From: Phoronis australis
Taxonomy: Eukaryota > Animalia > Phoronida
Assembly: GCA_002633005.1 (NCBI GenBank)
Contig: NMRA01000063.1
Location: forward strand, 806,267 to 859,864
DNA length: 53,598 nucleotides
Direction of reading: 5' to 3'
Part shown: positions 36,533-50,375 of the stretch, piece after piece
Numbering within the stretch: the first letter of the stretch is position 1
Layout of the letters: the number at the start of each line of letters is the position of its first letter
Notes under the pieces: generated by a model
The model's database searches: none
What the model saw: only the letters and a program-made list of their open reading frames with translations
Told to the model about the DNA's origin: nothing
Made by a program: the position numbers and the translations under genes

Positions 36533-37880
36533 AATAAAGTGGGATAAAAACCAGTCAGGGCAACTATAAAGCATGAAATGTACATGGGAGTCTGCAAGGT
36601 TTCATTAAAAACCAGTCAGGGCAACTATAAAGCATGAAATGCACATGGGGGTCAGCAAGGTTCATACATATCAAAAACGGGAACTTTAAAAAAACATAAA
36701 ACAATAATAATGCAACCATATCCAGTATGGGCTAAGTTTGCAAGATTACAAATAAAAAAAGTCTGCATGGAAAGTTTTAAATTTGTAACAGAGAAACTCA
36801 AGAAATTTTAAAATTAGGAGGACAATAATCAAAGTTTCAGACAGGATATGTCATCTCCCCCAGGGCCTCAATGTCTCGATTTCGGAGCTGAACACCTGCC
36901 TCATTTCCCTCAAAAAATATTTCAAAATCACGCCAATTAAATAGTGTGTTCTCAAAAATGAGTAAGGCAATGCTTCGAAGCACAAATTCAACACTTAAGT
37001 ATTGGCTACTTGATGATGATCATGGAGACTTTCCATACATCCCAAAAAATTCCTCTCTCAGTAGGCAAATGCACGTTTCCCCTCAGATGAGCGAGGCCAA
37101 CCTGACCCCAACCTTTGTCAGAACTCCAATATTGCACCTCATGACAGTTGAATTTCACAATATTCTTTTGGTAACAAATGTCAAGGTCGAAAGTTATTTT
37201 AACATCATCATTTAGCTCCATGAAAGTGCTTTTGGAAATATAAGTGAAAGTTAGAAGTATTACTCTAACAGCAATCATCTTAGTTGTGGTAACATACTGA
37301 CCAAAATGGACAAAGTAATTTCCAAAACTGGACACTAACTCAAAAGTCTGCTCTCCCTATAACATTTACATTCTTACGGTGTCTTAGTGTTGATTTCATA
37401 AACAAATACAAGTTGATAAACATGGCTTTTTAAATTTTAAAAAAGAACTGTTACGTGAATGTAATGGACGTCATGGTAATGGATGTGACATGCCCCATGC
37501 TATATGATCATACTTATGGCATATAAATGTGTGCACAAAGTATGTTAAACATCACAGTGGGCACACAATCATTTCTGACATAGTGTACAATCTACCTCAT
37601 CTAAAACTTTACTTTTGAAATATAAAATACAAAAACAACTATATATCACAATTGACACGAACATGACATGAATGGATGAGATGAAAGACTGCACTCATTT
37701 TAAGCGTTAACAAGTGGGTATCACAACAGCAATGGGTACCTTCTATGTTCCCTACCGTATATAAGCACTGCAGTCCCACGCACCTATATTTGAAACTTTG
37801 CCTCTTTTAAAAATGTCTTTTCCTCAAGTGTTCTGTGAGGCATAATTCACCGAAAAGCTTACGGCATATGACGCTCCTAA

Positions 37881-38380
37881 TGTAAAGAATAGACAATTGT
37901 GAACTTAGTCTGTTACGTCGCCGGCGTCAGTGTTCAGCGATTGTTGCCGGGACATTTATATGTAAATGAACCATTGTGTTGGCCAGGTGCATTCAAATGT
38001 TTGACCTGGGTGCGGCAGTCAAGAGCCAGTCGTGACAAGGTGTAGATGTGTCTAGAAGCTGTTTAGAGAAAGTGGAACACTTTTGTCGACAGTAAAGACT
38101 TGTGACATTCAGCGGACAAAGTGGGAACCGCAACTGAGATGATGGTGTTCAAAGTAGTCGGATGCTAAGAGGAAGGCACTGACCACAAGTGCACAGTGCA
38201 CGAACTATGTGAAATGATAAGCTGTACTCTGACTCAGTAATATTAGTTTGGGAGCCACATGGAGAATGGTCGTCCCAGTTATGATACATATTAGTATTTG
38301 TGTGTAAACCTTTAATGTGGAAGCTTCATTAAATATTGTTTCTTTTAAACTCTTTGTCTGATTAAAGTCACGTCGTGACA
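37881..38380 (+). mobile_element. Solo LTR (500 bp)
   Basis: TGTAA...TGACA; flanks CCTAA/CCTAT; interrupts a repeat whose empty site is visible at ~51020-51040; ATTAAA near the 3' end. Confidence 0.65.
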
Positions 38381-38520
38381 CCTATAGGAGCTTCACTGTC
38401 TCTACTGAGCCACCTAGAGACGGTGTTCACTGTCTAGGTCTAACGGAGCTCAGCACTCAGTGGTACCTAACCTAGCTCACAGGTGTCCTCACCCATACCA
38501 AAAAAAGGCCTTCCTGCAAA

Positions 38521-39180
38521 CATAAATAATTATGTGCACATTATTTCTTTGGCTCACTATTATATGACTGTAGGTTTAATTTCCAACTCAAGCTGGTTTG
38601 TTCATGCCAGTCCCGGTGGCCGCGATGGGCCTGATCGAGTTCCGAGCCACTGGCCGGGATAACGAGTCAGTCCGGCCGCGACGGGCCTGATCGGGTTCCG
38701 AGCCAATGACCGGGATAACAAGCATTTTGTGTGTTTGATCTATGTTCTTCTGTCTGTATTTCATGGAAGAATACTTCGAATTTATCTCCGAACAGATAAC
38801 CAAACTCCTGCTACGGTTCTTGGTAAATTGGCCTGCCAAACTGCCAAGCTACGGTGTATCCAAATACCTGTAAATCCGTAACAGCGAAATAAAATAAAAC
38901 AACATGTTTTTATAAGAACTCGGTGTATTTTTAAGAGTTTTACATCGAAGTTTGATGATTTATTGGTGTTAAATGATGAATTCAAGCGATAAGCTGACAC
39001 CACTAACCCGTGTTGTGAACTGCTGAACAGACAGCGTGTGAAATCCATTACGTCATTGGATAATTTCAACACCTCCGTCTGCCGTCAGGTTCTGGTAACG
39101 CAACCGAACCTGTCGTTATCGAGTAGAACTACTAGATCTAAATTGATACAAAAAAGGTTGTTTTTTGGGTGGCATTCTCT
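38521..39180 (+). mobile_element. Kolobok-like element, copy D (right end only)
   Basis: Colinear with 8090-8734; ends GGGTGGCATTCTCT|TTAA. Confidence 0.8.
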
Positions 39181-39517
39181 TTAACAAAATTGCAGCCGAG
39201 CATCTGAAGAGCAATTGCTCTTGATTTTCGTATACTAACGTAACCTGCGTAGCTATTTCTTTTAATTTTAGTAACATTATGTCAGCTTTGTTTGTTGAAA
39301 TGTTTTGCATAATTTCCAAGTAGTGGTAACACAGTTCAAATAATCGTTATATGTCATAGCAACAAATCAAGTTATGAATCATAGTATTCTTCAGGTCCCA
39401 GATATCCATCTTGGCTCAATATCTATAACGGAGATGAGACTGTCTACACCTTTCGTCTGATGGATGACTTCGGTCAAGGGGACACCGAAGTGCTGGAGTA
39501 ATTCCATGTTGTGTATA

Positions 39518-39675
39518 CAGTGGCGGATTTAGAGGGGGGCCAAGGGGGCCATGGCCCCTCTAAAATTTTCCCAGATTCCATTTGGCAGTACGAGGGTGCG
39601 AATGTCTGTCGGGCAAAATCCTGGCTCATAATCTGCCCTGGCTCCCCTAAACTCAAAATCCTGGATCCGCCCCTG
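39518..39675 (+). mobile_element. 158-bp MITE of the hAT5-like family at 2070-5986
   Basis: CAGTGGCGGAT...ATCCGCCCCTG; GTATA at 39513-39517 and 39676-39680; last ~45 bp nearly identical to 5942-5986. Confidence 0.88.
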
Positions 39676-40749
39676 GTATAGGCACTCCACTGACTTACGG
39701 TAGTCATTGAAAGGCCCGGGTTTGGCCCTCATTCCTTGAGGATGCCTTGAGAACTTTATTTATCTGTCCATCATACATTCATTTTTGTGTTCATTTCACT
39801 TGAGACAACTATGGGGAATAAATACTGCAGTTGTCGTTTGTATAGCATGTGAACTTTCCTCCATGGCTCAAGACCAAGGCATTACAGCGTTTTCCTGTTG
39901 CTCCCAACTTGTTCGACTCTATAGCCTAACAACAAGTTGGGAAGAACACCTCGGTAGCCGATATCTTACACGACTGATTAACTCCCTTCTGGCATTCATG
40001 GTTGGAGGGCCAGCTCTCTTTTGTTCGATAATTGCTGTAATCTCCAGTAAGATCATATCTAGCCTGACTGAGCTGTGCTTCTAAAATTAAAAGTTAAGTT
40101 AGAACATATTTGAACGTAAACCAATAGCATTTCTGAAATCCTCATCAAATGGTGATCATGTTTAGTTTTTGATTTGCCAAAATCGCCCAACTACAACCGA
40201 AGTTACAACAATCTATTCTTTCCGAATCTACCAATTTGCTTTGGGTTTGACTGTGTTCACACCTGGTCTGGTAGATAATTGGCCTGCCTGTTGTCATACC
40301 AGACAAAAGACTGTGCTTGGCAGTTAACAAAGAAGCTAGATGTTTTCACACGCTCACAACCCTCTACGTCTGGTACTGGGTCACTAAACGGAAAAACGCC
40401 GTCATGGTCTTCATTTTATTACATTGTTGTGGAAAGTTTATGTTTAAGTTCTATTTATTATCTTCATAAGCTGTATTAAAATGTGGGGTATTCATAATAT
40501 CTGCCAATAATACATTTTTGAAATGGAGTTTGTTTATCTTTAATTTTTTTAATGTAATAGATTTTGACAAAGTTAAGTTAGTCGCAAACTGCATGTTAAC
40601 AAAATTCCACAAAATAATATCAATAATTTGCTCAACCAATTATCATATTTCAACTTTCTTGATGAAAAATCTTTAGAATGATACCTTATTTATTTCTTCC
40701 TTGAGCAATTCTTATTTTATGCCAATTTGACATGGCAAAATTGTAGGAC

Positions 40750-41563
40750 ACAGACACCGGTGATCTAAAGTCGTGAATATAAGCATAATAAGCAACTGAT
40801 TGTCATACTACCCAATGTCAGTTAGTAATTGCTAATGTGATGTCGTGGACATATATCAGCCTTCACAAATATGCGTGTTTTGCCAATCTTAACCCTATTG
40901 TTTGTCTCCGTTAAGCAGAGTAATTGAAACGGTCGCTGATATCGCTGGCCATTTTGAATGAGGCCCTAAAGTCGTGACCGTTTCGTTTAGACGGAAATAC
41001 ATGAAGTAAGGCCACACAAATCAACTACAATGGTTACAGTTACTCTAGACGACATAAAAATGCATTGCATATTGTTTATTAATTCAGTTTCAATTGAAAT
41101 AAATTGATATGTGTTTTGCACCCAGCTCGGATGTGCACAGACGTTTTCAATGAGGATGTTTACGTAAAACGCTAACAACCCAGCATCAAGTCTCTGTATT
41201 TTATTGCTTTGGCCTTACAAAACTTGATCGACCCTGGGACATTTTGATACATTGTTCAAGCTACCCCTGGACCGCGTGTTTGAGCAAATCTGAACAATGC
41301 ATGTTTTCGAAAATATATTCTGAATAGGCACAAAAAAGTGGATTAGTGAAATATGCTGTTTTTAAGATACATTTGAAAAAAGAAGCCACTCACTCACTGT
41401 ATATTATATTGTGAGTATCAACACATCCGGGTATTCGTTTGACGTTCCTATAAGCAGACGAACGCTGGAAACTTCAACGCTAGATCTCGCGGGACCGCGC
41501 AGAAGAGGAAATAAGATCGTTCACGACTTTAGGGCACTCACGACTTTAGGACCTCTGACGGTA
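40750..41563. mobile_element. Probable TA-flanked non-autonomous DNA transposon
   Basis: CTAAAGTCGTGA motifs at ~40765 and ~40965, inverted TCACGACTTTAG x2 at 41521-41549; ends GACGG|TA. Confidence 0.45.
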
Positions 41564-42699
41564 CTCACTTTTCTTTGTCGGCTTTGATGACTTTAAGTCT
41601 TTAAGGTCAATATCTTCGCACTGCAATGGAATGTCGGAATGTTTCAAATTATTCATCATAAAAATTTCTTAAAAAATGATGTAGCACATGTCTATCAGCG
41701 CGTTACGTATAATTGTAACCATGATATTTTAAACTCGCAAATTTGATGTGACTATTTTTACCAAGCTGTATTTTTGACGAAGCCGGTGAATGCTGTAATT
41801 CCGATGTCGAATCTAGTAAATAAGTAAGTAAGTAAGTTTTGCGAAAAATGGTCTACATGCTGTCTTAGTATTAAGCCTAATCGGTCCAATTTTGAAACTT
41901 ACCAAACGATTTTAAAATAGCTAGCTTGAACAAATGCAGCTAAACGTCAGTATTCCAATCGCCATCACCAAGCGGAAGTTTGTCTTGACATTTTCCCACA
42001 ATCCTGAGTGCAAATGATTGCGACATCTACCGTCTGCTTTCCATTCGAGAAACTCCCGGCGGCAAAGCGGGCGTAGTGGTACGGCTGCAGTAGCCCGTAG
42101 AGACAATAATGCTGTGCGACTTACAAATTTGAACTTATATGTCTTCCAGCCATATCACGGTATTCTCACGTAAGCAAGATACCAATTATATCTAAAATGT
42201 AAATAAATCCTCATTTATTAGGGTCTCCGTCTCTCATTTTTGTCAGTCGAGCGCAATCAGATGACGGATTAAGTCCGGCATCGGGAAGAGATGCCGGCAT
42301 GTATAGTTCAGTGTATGCTGACCGTGGATTGTTGTAATAGTGAACATCATTCGTCCTTTATCTTTCAGTGGTGTCTTGTGATTTGTCACTTTTATGGTTC
42401 CCCGGGTGTTACTTTTATTTTTGCTGGCGGGGCCTGCTGGCAGTCTTCATCAGCAAGCAATCAGGCTCAGGGATGGGCACCTTATCGGATTGGGTTTTAC
42501 TGAAGCTTGAGTAGCTGTGTTTTAACTGGTGAGTACTTCTAGAGGCCTAGCTAGTGAACCTGCAATAATACAACATGTTCATCATGCGCGCACGCCAGGC
42601 ACAGCGGGTCCCAACGGGGACCAGCTCGAACTTTTGACTTAGTGTGGACATTTTACTAAGTTTCACGGTGTATATTTTTGGGAGAGAGGCAAGTGGTCA

Positions 42700-43310
42700 G
42701 CTCAGATGCTCTAATCAGGAGCTGGTGAGACATCTGGAGGAGGTCCACAGAGACACTCGGTGCGAGGAACCTTAATTGGGAGATTTTGACTGGACGGATG
42801 AAGAGGAATTTGCAAGTGTACCTTTGGACTGAGATTGGCGGTTTTAACTTATAAGTTCTCATTTTGGCTGTGATGTCAAGAAGGTGGTCATGAACGCCAA
42901 GTCGGGATCAGCTCCAGGCCCATCCGGGCTACCGTACATAGTTTATAAGAAGTGTCCAAGGTTATTACACCGCCTTTGGAAGCTATTGAGAGTGATTTGG
43001 CGCTCTAGAATTGCCTTGGAGATGGGGAAAGGCGGAAGAAGGCAAAGGCTCAGTGAAGATTGGTGACTTCCGTCCCGGCTATCTCGTTATTGGATATGGA
43101 AGGGAAAGTCTTTTTCGCGGCTGTGCTGGCAGACAAGCTAACGACATATTTGTTGGAGAACAGTGACATCAACCTCTCAGTGCAGAAGGGAGGCATTTCC
43201 GGCTACTCTAGTGTTTAGAACACAACTGTGTGATCACGGAGTTAATCGGATGCAAAGAAATTAAAGAAAGGTCTGTCTGTGATATGGCTTGACATGGCCA
43301 ATGCATATGC
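42700..43310 (+). pseudogene. RLE-type non-LTR retrotransposon (Hero-like), RT N-terminal remnant
   Basis: SAPGPSGLPYIVYKKCPRLLHRLWKLLRVIW; ISLLDMEGKVFF; SVQKGG; LSVIWLDMANAY; contains frameshifts. Confidence 0.8.
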
Positions 43311-43311
43311 T

Positions 43312-43462
43312 TATTAACTCTGAAAAGAAGCTGATAAGTGTCCCAGATGAGTCTTTCATCAGGATTTCCAGAGGTCTCACTTTCCCTTTCCTATACAGTG
43401 CTGCTGTGACGTCACACCCTGTCATTGCATGCAGACCAGGCAATGCTGCAGCGAGACCCCTT
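43312..43462 (-). pseudogene. Fragment with HAxTGCD motif (XPG/FEN1-like helix-turn-helix, as in AcademX-type transposon proteins)
   Basis: AALPGLHAMTGCDVTAALYRKGKVRPLEIL. Confidence 0.55.
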
Positions 43463-43934
43463 GTTACTGAAACACGTCATTGTTTATATATTTATTTAAA
43501 TAGCATTGGGACTCCACCAAATTAGGGGTGATTTGTATTTTATCACGGAGGACATTATATCGGCCATCGGCAAATGACTCCGCGAAACTAAAACACTATA
43601 CACTACACTGAATTTCGACATCATGTAAAAATTTCTTCAAAAACTTACCACTAGGAGTTAACTGTCTCACATCTTGACACCCGTCTGCTTTTCGCTTCTT
43701 GTGATCATGAGAGTAAACAAAAGGCTTCAGTGAACGACAGTTTTCTATAATTAGTTTTTGTTTCTTGCGGTCCCATTTTTTGCAGTGAACTTATTAATAC
43801 AACACTTTTGTCACCAATTGAGAATATGTGTACTTCGATTTCCGTGGTGCAATTTTTAACATCTTGTTGTCCAGTTGTTTGGGTTTCCCACCCGGGTACT
43901 TGAACTAGCAGGGGGAAGTGTAGCTCCATTTTTA

Positions 43935-44730
43935 AGGTCCTTTCTGGGTTTCTGGCCGACTATTTCCAGAGTAAAATTTGTCTTTCACGAGTCATTGGGT
44001 GTTCAGTGCAGCACGATTGTTGGTTTTAAATCAGTTTAAGCCGATACCTTGAAAATCTGTCTCAAAAATGGCATACCGTGGTTGAGTTTTTTGAGGGTTT
44101 CTGCCAGCCACAATCCAGAGTGTATTTTGTCTGCTGGTCATAGGGCGTTCAGTAACCTGTGATACGTATTGAATCTCATGTAATTGGTTTTTTGTGGTAC
44201 CTCGAATGTATGTGCTAGCTCATTTTGGGGGGTCTTTTTTGGTTTATTCCCCTGGACCCATTCCGGAGTGCAGTTTGTCTGTCATGGGTCATTCAGAAGT
44301 GTTCAGTGCGGTACTTCTGTTCGTTTTAAATCAGTTTTGGCCGGTACCTTGAAAATCTAGTCTAGATCAAATTTTGATGGCATACCGTCACTGTTGGTTA
44401 AGATTTTTGGAGGTTTCTGCCGGGCACAATCCAGAGTGTATTTTGTCTGTCATAGGGCATTTAGTGATCTGTGACATGTATTGAATCATACGGAATTGGT
44501 TTTGTGTGGTACCTCGAATGTCTGTGCTAGCTCATTTTTGGGGGTCCTTTTGTGGTTTCTGCCGGACCCATTCCAGAGTGCAATTTGTCTGTCATGGGTC
44601 ATTCGGTGTTCAGTGCGGTACTATTGTTCGCTTTAAATCAGTTTTGGCCGGTACCTCGAATATCTAGTCTAGCACATTTTCTGGTCCCTTTGTAATGCCC
44701 CCAGGGGTCACACCCAGAGTGCAGACAACG
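43935..44730. repeat. ~300-bp diverged tandem repeat (~2.5 copies) with internal subrepeats
   Basis: gtgttcagtgc...ttaaatcagttt..gccggtacct.gaa.atct recurs at ~44000, ~44300 and ~44605; ccagagtg.a.tttgtct subunits. Confidence 0.75.
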
Positions 44731-44849
44731 GCAGACGTCCATTTCTGTACATACTGAGGTGGACTCTAAATTCTCCAGTGGTCAGATGTTGGTACCTCGT
44801 TCATCTAATTCATGTGATCAGTATAGATTAAGTTTCCTCCTGCGTTATG

Positions 44850-45620
44850 TGTATGACTTACTCCCTAGTCTTGAAGTTGTGGGGAAGGATAGAAGACGAT
44901 TCTTGCTGCAGTTGTGGTGAGCGCTGCACTTTACAGCATGTTTTGCCCTCCAGTAAGTCGGCTTTGGCGGAAGGCAAATACAAGTGGAGACATGATAAGA
45001 TTCTCAAGGCCATTCCTCATATTTTGGACCTAGGAAGAAGGAAGGCGGTTAGCAACACCGACAGCCCGCTAATATTATTTTGCAGAGAATGTGCATCCGG
45101 GAAGAGGAAAGATGCAGGTGTATTGACTGCAGCGTGTGATTGGAAGATGGTTGTGGATGTAGGGCCATTGGCGGTATTCCCGAGCCCTATAGTGATGACA
45201 CTCCGGCTTGACTCGGTATTATGGTCAGATGGTACAAAGACGGTCATCAAAGTAGAACTTACAGTGCCATGGGAATCCCGAATGGTAGAGTCGAACGAGA
45301 GGAAAAGGCTTAAGTATGCAGAACCAGTAGCCGGTTGGAAGTGTTTTTGGTATGCCAGTTGAAGTAGAGGTTTCATTGGGAGCAGCATGTGGAGGTTGAA
45401 GAAGTTCCTAGGCATCAGCACAGTGTCAAGGAAGAATTTGGTGCAGACAGTGATGAGATCTGCTGAAGAGGCGTCGTCGTGGCTATGGTTACAGCGAGAC
45501 AACAGGTGGCATTCCAAGCGAGGACCGAAGCCTGATCAACTTCGAGGACCCGGCTTCCGAGATGATTCTAGATTAGGGATCGAAATTATCGACGAGGATG
45601 CATTCTAGCTGATGACAGCA
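44850..45620 (+). pseudogene. Hero-like non-LTR retrotransposon, C-terminal Zn knuckle, RLE endonuclease and 3' UTR remnant
   Basis: LWG....CCSCG....LQHVL....ALAEGKYKWRHDKIL; LRLDSVLWS....VELTVPWE...SNERKRLKY; VEVG-like remnant; AEEASSWLW. Confidence 0.82.
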
Positions 45621-48600
45621 CTTGGAGAAGCAGCACACAAGAACAGTGTTTCAGGTAATTTTTGAAGATACTATATACAGAGCATGTAGATAGCCAAGAA
45701 TTAACTCATTGTATGTTATTGATATACGAAACGGAGCCGATCAGCCGGCTTGAGCCTAATGGCAGGCCTTTCCCAGAGGCCCACCACTACGGCACTAGCA
45801 CAACAACATACAACAACTTCTTGTCTATCTTAGTTTTGGAAAAGTCTTCTCAGTGCATGTTATTAAATGCCCTCAGTGGTCAGTAATGGACCCGACGGCT
45901 GTCCGGTGCTTCACCGCCCATGTGTCACGTCTCGAATAATATTTGGCTGACACGAGAACTGTGCACCCGGCCAGCTGGGGCTGAAGGTAAGAGCTTCATG
46001 CAATATGAAAGTAATACATTTATAGGCCTACCTTCTTCAGGACCGTAAGAAAGTAAATAGTATTGTGGTGGGGGCACAAGCCAATTCGACGTGATCGCCA
46101 ACCTACCTTCTTCCTGTCGCCACCCCTCCCCCCGTTTTCTGGATGTCATCATATTTGTACCGACCCCCACGTCCCGCTATAGGTGGGTTGGGGCTCGGAG
46201 TAATACCTGAGATGCAGCCATCAGGTTTGCAGTAGCCGTGAACCAATAAAGTTTCACGGAGAGTAAGAATGGGTCTAGGGCCAGCGTACTGACGGGTAAC
46301 AGGGTTCCGAAAGTGGATTCGATGAACTAGAGGTAGTCGCTGGTCAGGTGAATATGTTAGTTTGTCTTGTTCAGTTTCAATCTCGTTTAACTAGATTTTT
46401 TACTAGGAAACATTTGTAATCCACTCTTCGTTTTTACGCATGGTTTAATAGTTTAATATACGTTAACAAAAATCTAGAATAGTTCTGTAGTTATTGCTAT
46501 CGAAATTGTCTAGAAATTCCAAATCTTCAGTTTGGCTTTCACCGCATTTGCACTTTTGTATACTTATATATATGTTATGGTTTGAGTCATAATAAAGATA
46601 ATCTTCATTGGACTTGAACTAATGACCTATGTAGTGTTGAACTTGAACTAATGAACTGTGTAGTGTTGTTTGTTTAATCTAAAAAAATAACTCGGGATGG
46701 GTTTACAATTAACTGACTTCTAAGTTTAGAAGACGATTAAAATAAACACTGTTTTGGTACTTCAAGCTTAAAAATAAAATAAAAAAATAGTAACGCGTTC
46801 CCGCCCGGCAAGAAAAAAACAACTAGACTGTGAATAACGAATAAAATAAAATAAAATAATGAAAACCGGTAAGAAACATAAACCAACGTTCCTCTGGGAA
46901 GTGGCCTTTGTCAACATAAACACAAATTACCGTCTTTAGTCATTTTGGTGATTTTTAAAATGTACCAAGTTAAAACTACTCTCGACATTGCAGGCTGCAA
47001 ATTTGTGCAAATGTCAGAAAAAACCAATGTGGGTATACCAACCACCGTTGGTGAGAGAGTCTTACTAGCAGGTACTCTTTCACTTCATTAGCTTACTACA
47101 TGAATACAAAGGGCGTGCTGAATAGGCATTATAAAAGTTGTCTGGAGCTCATTGTCTGGGGCAAAGGAAATCTTAGTGACTTGTTTAAGTCAGAAAGTTT
47201 CCACACCTTCTTAGGCTTACATTTCTATTATACGAAAACTGGTACTAACTGAGTCAATGGTCCCTGTTTATTTTCAATAATATTAAAAACTCATCGTACA
47301 CTTTTCCTTCGGTCTATCAAAACTTCAAAAGTTATAACTTGAATGGCGAAGCAGTTAACTGAAGTCGGACAATCAGACCGGGATGATGCAATTGACTCGG
47401 GTAACATAGTTGAGTACTGAGACATTTCAATGCAGAATGCCCATGCCATTCATCAGGGCCTCATTTGGACTACAACGTACGTGTTTATTCACTTTGTTTT
47501 GAAGTCAACTATATTGACCCACGCTACGGATAAAACCTCTATAGAAACAATGGGGTGAAGATGGCCGGCCCCGGCTACTTCTTGGCAAGACCACAGCACG
47601 TGCGTCGTGACAGCATAGACGAGTATGTATGGTGACAGTGTGTCAGACGTTACACAGATTTAGATTTAAACTTTTTTTACATTCAGAAAGCTGGCATCGC
47701 AAGCTCCACCTCCTTGCGAAATGTAAACAAGCAAACAACAAGTTTTGCCCGGCAACGGGCTGTTAGTCGGGTAACATGGCGGCTTCGAAACGAAGTTGTG
47801 TCAAGAATGCTGCATTCCAATCGGTCAGTTAAGCAGCCACTCAAAATCCTGGCGATAGGTCAATTAAGTAGGCCTATCTATTTCTTGCCGGTTTTATTGA
47901 CCCCGGCCGCGGCCTGGCTTGTCAATAATCGACCTTGTCCTGCGTAAGCTTAATGATTTTAAGTGTCCCACTTCAGACGGTACGCTCTCTCGGTGGAGCA
48001 GTTCAGGAGAAATGTCCCTTTGTCCCTCTATACATGTAAATCCGACACTGCCAAGTGTTCACGATGGAAGTTGAGATTCCAAATTCATCAAAAAAAAAGT
48101 TCGTGCACAGCACAGCCATTCGAACCAAACAACCAAAATGTGAAAAAATACAGTAGGATTGCCGCCTTCGAAAGGTTGGAATTTTAAAGAACGTGAAGAC
48201 CACTATTTGTGAATTACACAAAAGGACTATTTCCGATAGTAGTTATAAAATAATATTACTGTTTCCCGTAGTATCACAAGAATAGTATCTCTTTTAAAGA
48301 TGGTGATTATGAGTTGTTTGTACGGAATTCCCACATGTTGAAAACACTACTGTCTGGGCTACTATTTATGATGACCGTGTACATGTCGAAAGGGGGTACT
48401 CAAAAGAACTCTCGCAATCATAAACAAAGATTTCATGGATTTTTTTTTCTCCGTGGAGTCCAAGTTTACCTCGTGAACCATTATAGGAACCTCTGAAATG
48501 AGCAAAAATACACCTTCCTTAATGCGAATGCCCCATCTCCCATATTCCCCAGGTTACCCGTCAAGAACTAGTCTGCAAGCATGCATGCGAAAATTGCTTA

Positions 48601-50223
48601 TAACAGACATTCCGTTTTGATAAACAAATTCGTTGGTTTCTGATTTACTTAGTCGATATATTCATAGATGACTTTTGACTATTAGAAGCTAATCTTGTAA
48701 GAATTTATGACGTTTTCAGTGAATTTAATTGCAGCCTGAGGTTGGAAAAACTAATCCGATCCCCAAATAATAAAGAACACTTATAGACGATTTTTGCATA
48801 TCTAAAATAACTCTCAAAGAAATTGATGAAATTCGGACTCTCAAACCGTAGATATAAAAACGTTTTAAAAATCCTTAAATAGATGAAATTAAACTCATTG
48901 CTTGAAAAGGTTGTCTTTGCACTTCCTTGGTGTTTTTAGTTTCCAGTAGTATTGAACAATGAATTTTTTCTTCAAAACTGATATTGATTGCTTGTCCTGA
49001 TTCGCGTGCACGTCATGCTGACTGACGTATCCCCGCCAGTAAAAAAAGAAGTGACCATGCAGTAGGCCCTCAGATCGAATCTCAGTGATCCACGGGAACT
49101 GAATTCAGTTGAATTCCAGGTGTTCAGGAAATGTGTACATCTTTTTTGGGACACACTATCCTTTTCCCCAGCCATCAGAAACTGGACTACCGGTAGTGTT
49201 TCAACTAGGCATTTTGAAACAGCCCGGCCCAAAGACATTATCGATACCAGGAACTTCGGGACCTCAAAAACTCCTTCAAAGAATGACCATGATAAAATAA
49301 AGTTTTCCCGAAACCGGATCACAATAAAACGAGGCTTGACCTTAGAGCGAGCGCAGACGGCCGGTACGAGCTGCCAGTCGTCAAGTGAATCACAACTGAG
49401 CTGACCAGCAAAATTCGTATTTACACCCTGTTAGATATCAGCTATAGCTACTTGAGGCACTGAGCTCCTCGCTACCGGTCAGTATACTGGTCCTAAGCCC
49501 ATCCTTACTCTCCGTGTTTGTTCACGGTTACTCAACACTTGATGGCTTCCCCGGGATTGTCCCGGCCGCAGGGGCGGCCAGACCGGACTCCAGGCCTTTG
49601 ATTTGGCGGGGGGGGGGGGGGGNGGGGGGGGACACTATATAGTGAGAGGGCAGAGTATTAACCACGCAATGAACTAGTGAAATGCTTTTGCTTTATTCCA
49701 CTAGGTGGCAGTAAAACATTTGAAACAAAAATTAGGTCACATGATTCTGCTCGTGATTTACTAAAGCGAAACGGAGAGAGAGAAAAGAATGTGTACAGCG
49801 CGAATTTTGGCACCATTTCTCCTGTTTTTGTTCTCTTCAAATACTCGTGGTAAGTATAAATTATCAGCTTTTATTAAATGGTAACAGTGGAAGTCGAACT
49901 TTGACCACAATCTACGAAGCGATAGTCAGCATCTCTGTTTACTACTTTACTACAGTGTACTCTACACTCTACAGACTGTACAGTGCAGTTTACCGGCGTT
50001 AGGCCGTTAGGTTTATCATATGATCTATCCGTTCTTACTAAATTTGCCGAGGTCTAAGGTAAGGCTTATAATAGCCTAAGTTTATGAGATCTTATTAAGA
50101 CCATGATGAGACTGTGCAAAAATAAGATCATAAGGGAATAATCAAATGCGGAAACATGTTATTTATTGTTATAGAGACATTAGATGATTAGATATGATGT
50201 TGTACTATAGGTAGGCAATATAT

Positions 50224-50375
50224 TGTTGTAGATGTGCTTCCGGTGAATTATATGAGCCTCTGTTAGCTACTCGCTAACGGGCAATTGCCTGTTAGCTGAA
50301 TGGTTAGCACGCTTACCAGTTTTATGGGGGTCGCTGGTTTGATCCCCGGGTCGGGTAATCTCGGCTATTACTACA
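50224..50375 (+). mobile_element. Solo LTR (152 bp) of the tRNA-containing TRIM
   Basis: Near-identical reverse complement of 28562-28713; TGTTGTAG...CTACA; ATAT at 50220-50223 and 50376-50379. Confidence 0.88.

Noticed and set aside
37006-37335. 109-aa minus-strand ORF
   Set aside because: No recognisable motif or supporting splice structure.
46355-46707. Possible further solo LTR with TATA, AATAAA and HSE-like motifs
   Set aside because: TG..CA ends are plausible, but there is no matching TSD and no second copy.
47410-47470. Hammerhead-like CTGATGA...GAAA on the minus strand (similar starts at ~42447 and ~31048)
   Set aside because: Stems II and III do not pair properly by eye; at most decayed remnants. 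An Infernal search would decide.
49740-49856. Possible plus-strand first exon ending GTG|gtaagt (similar donor at ~42530)
   Set aside because: No downstream coding exon is recognisable in the window.
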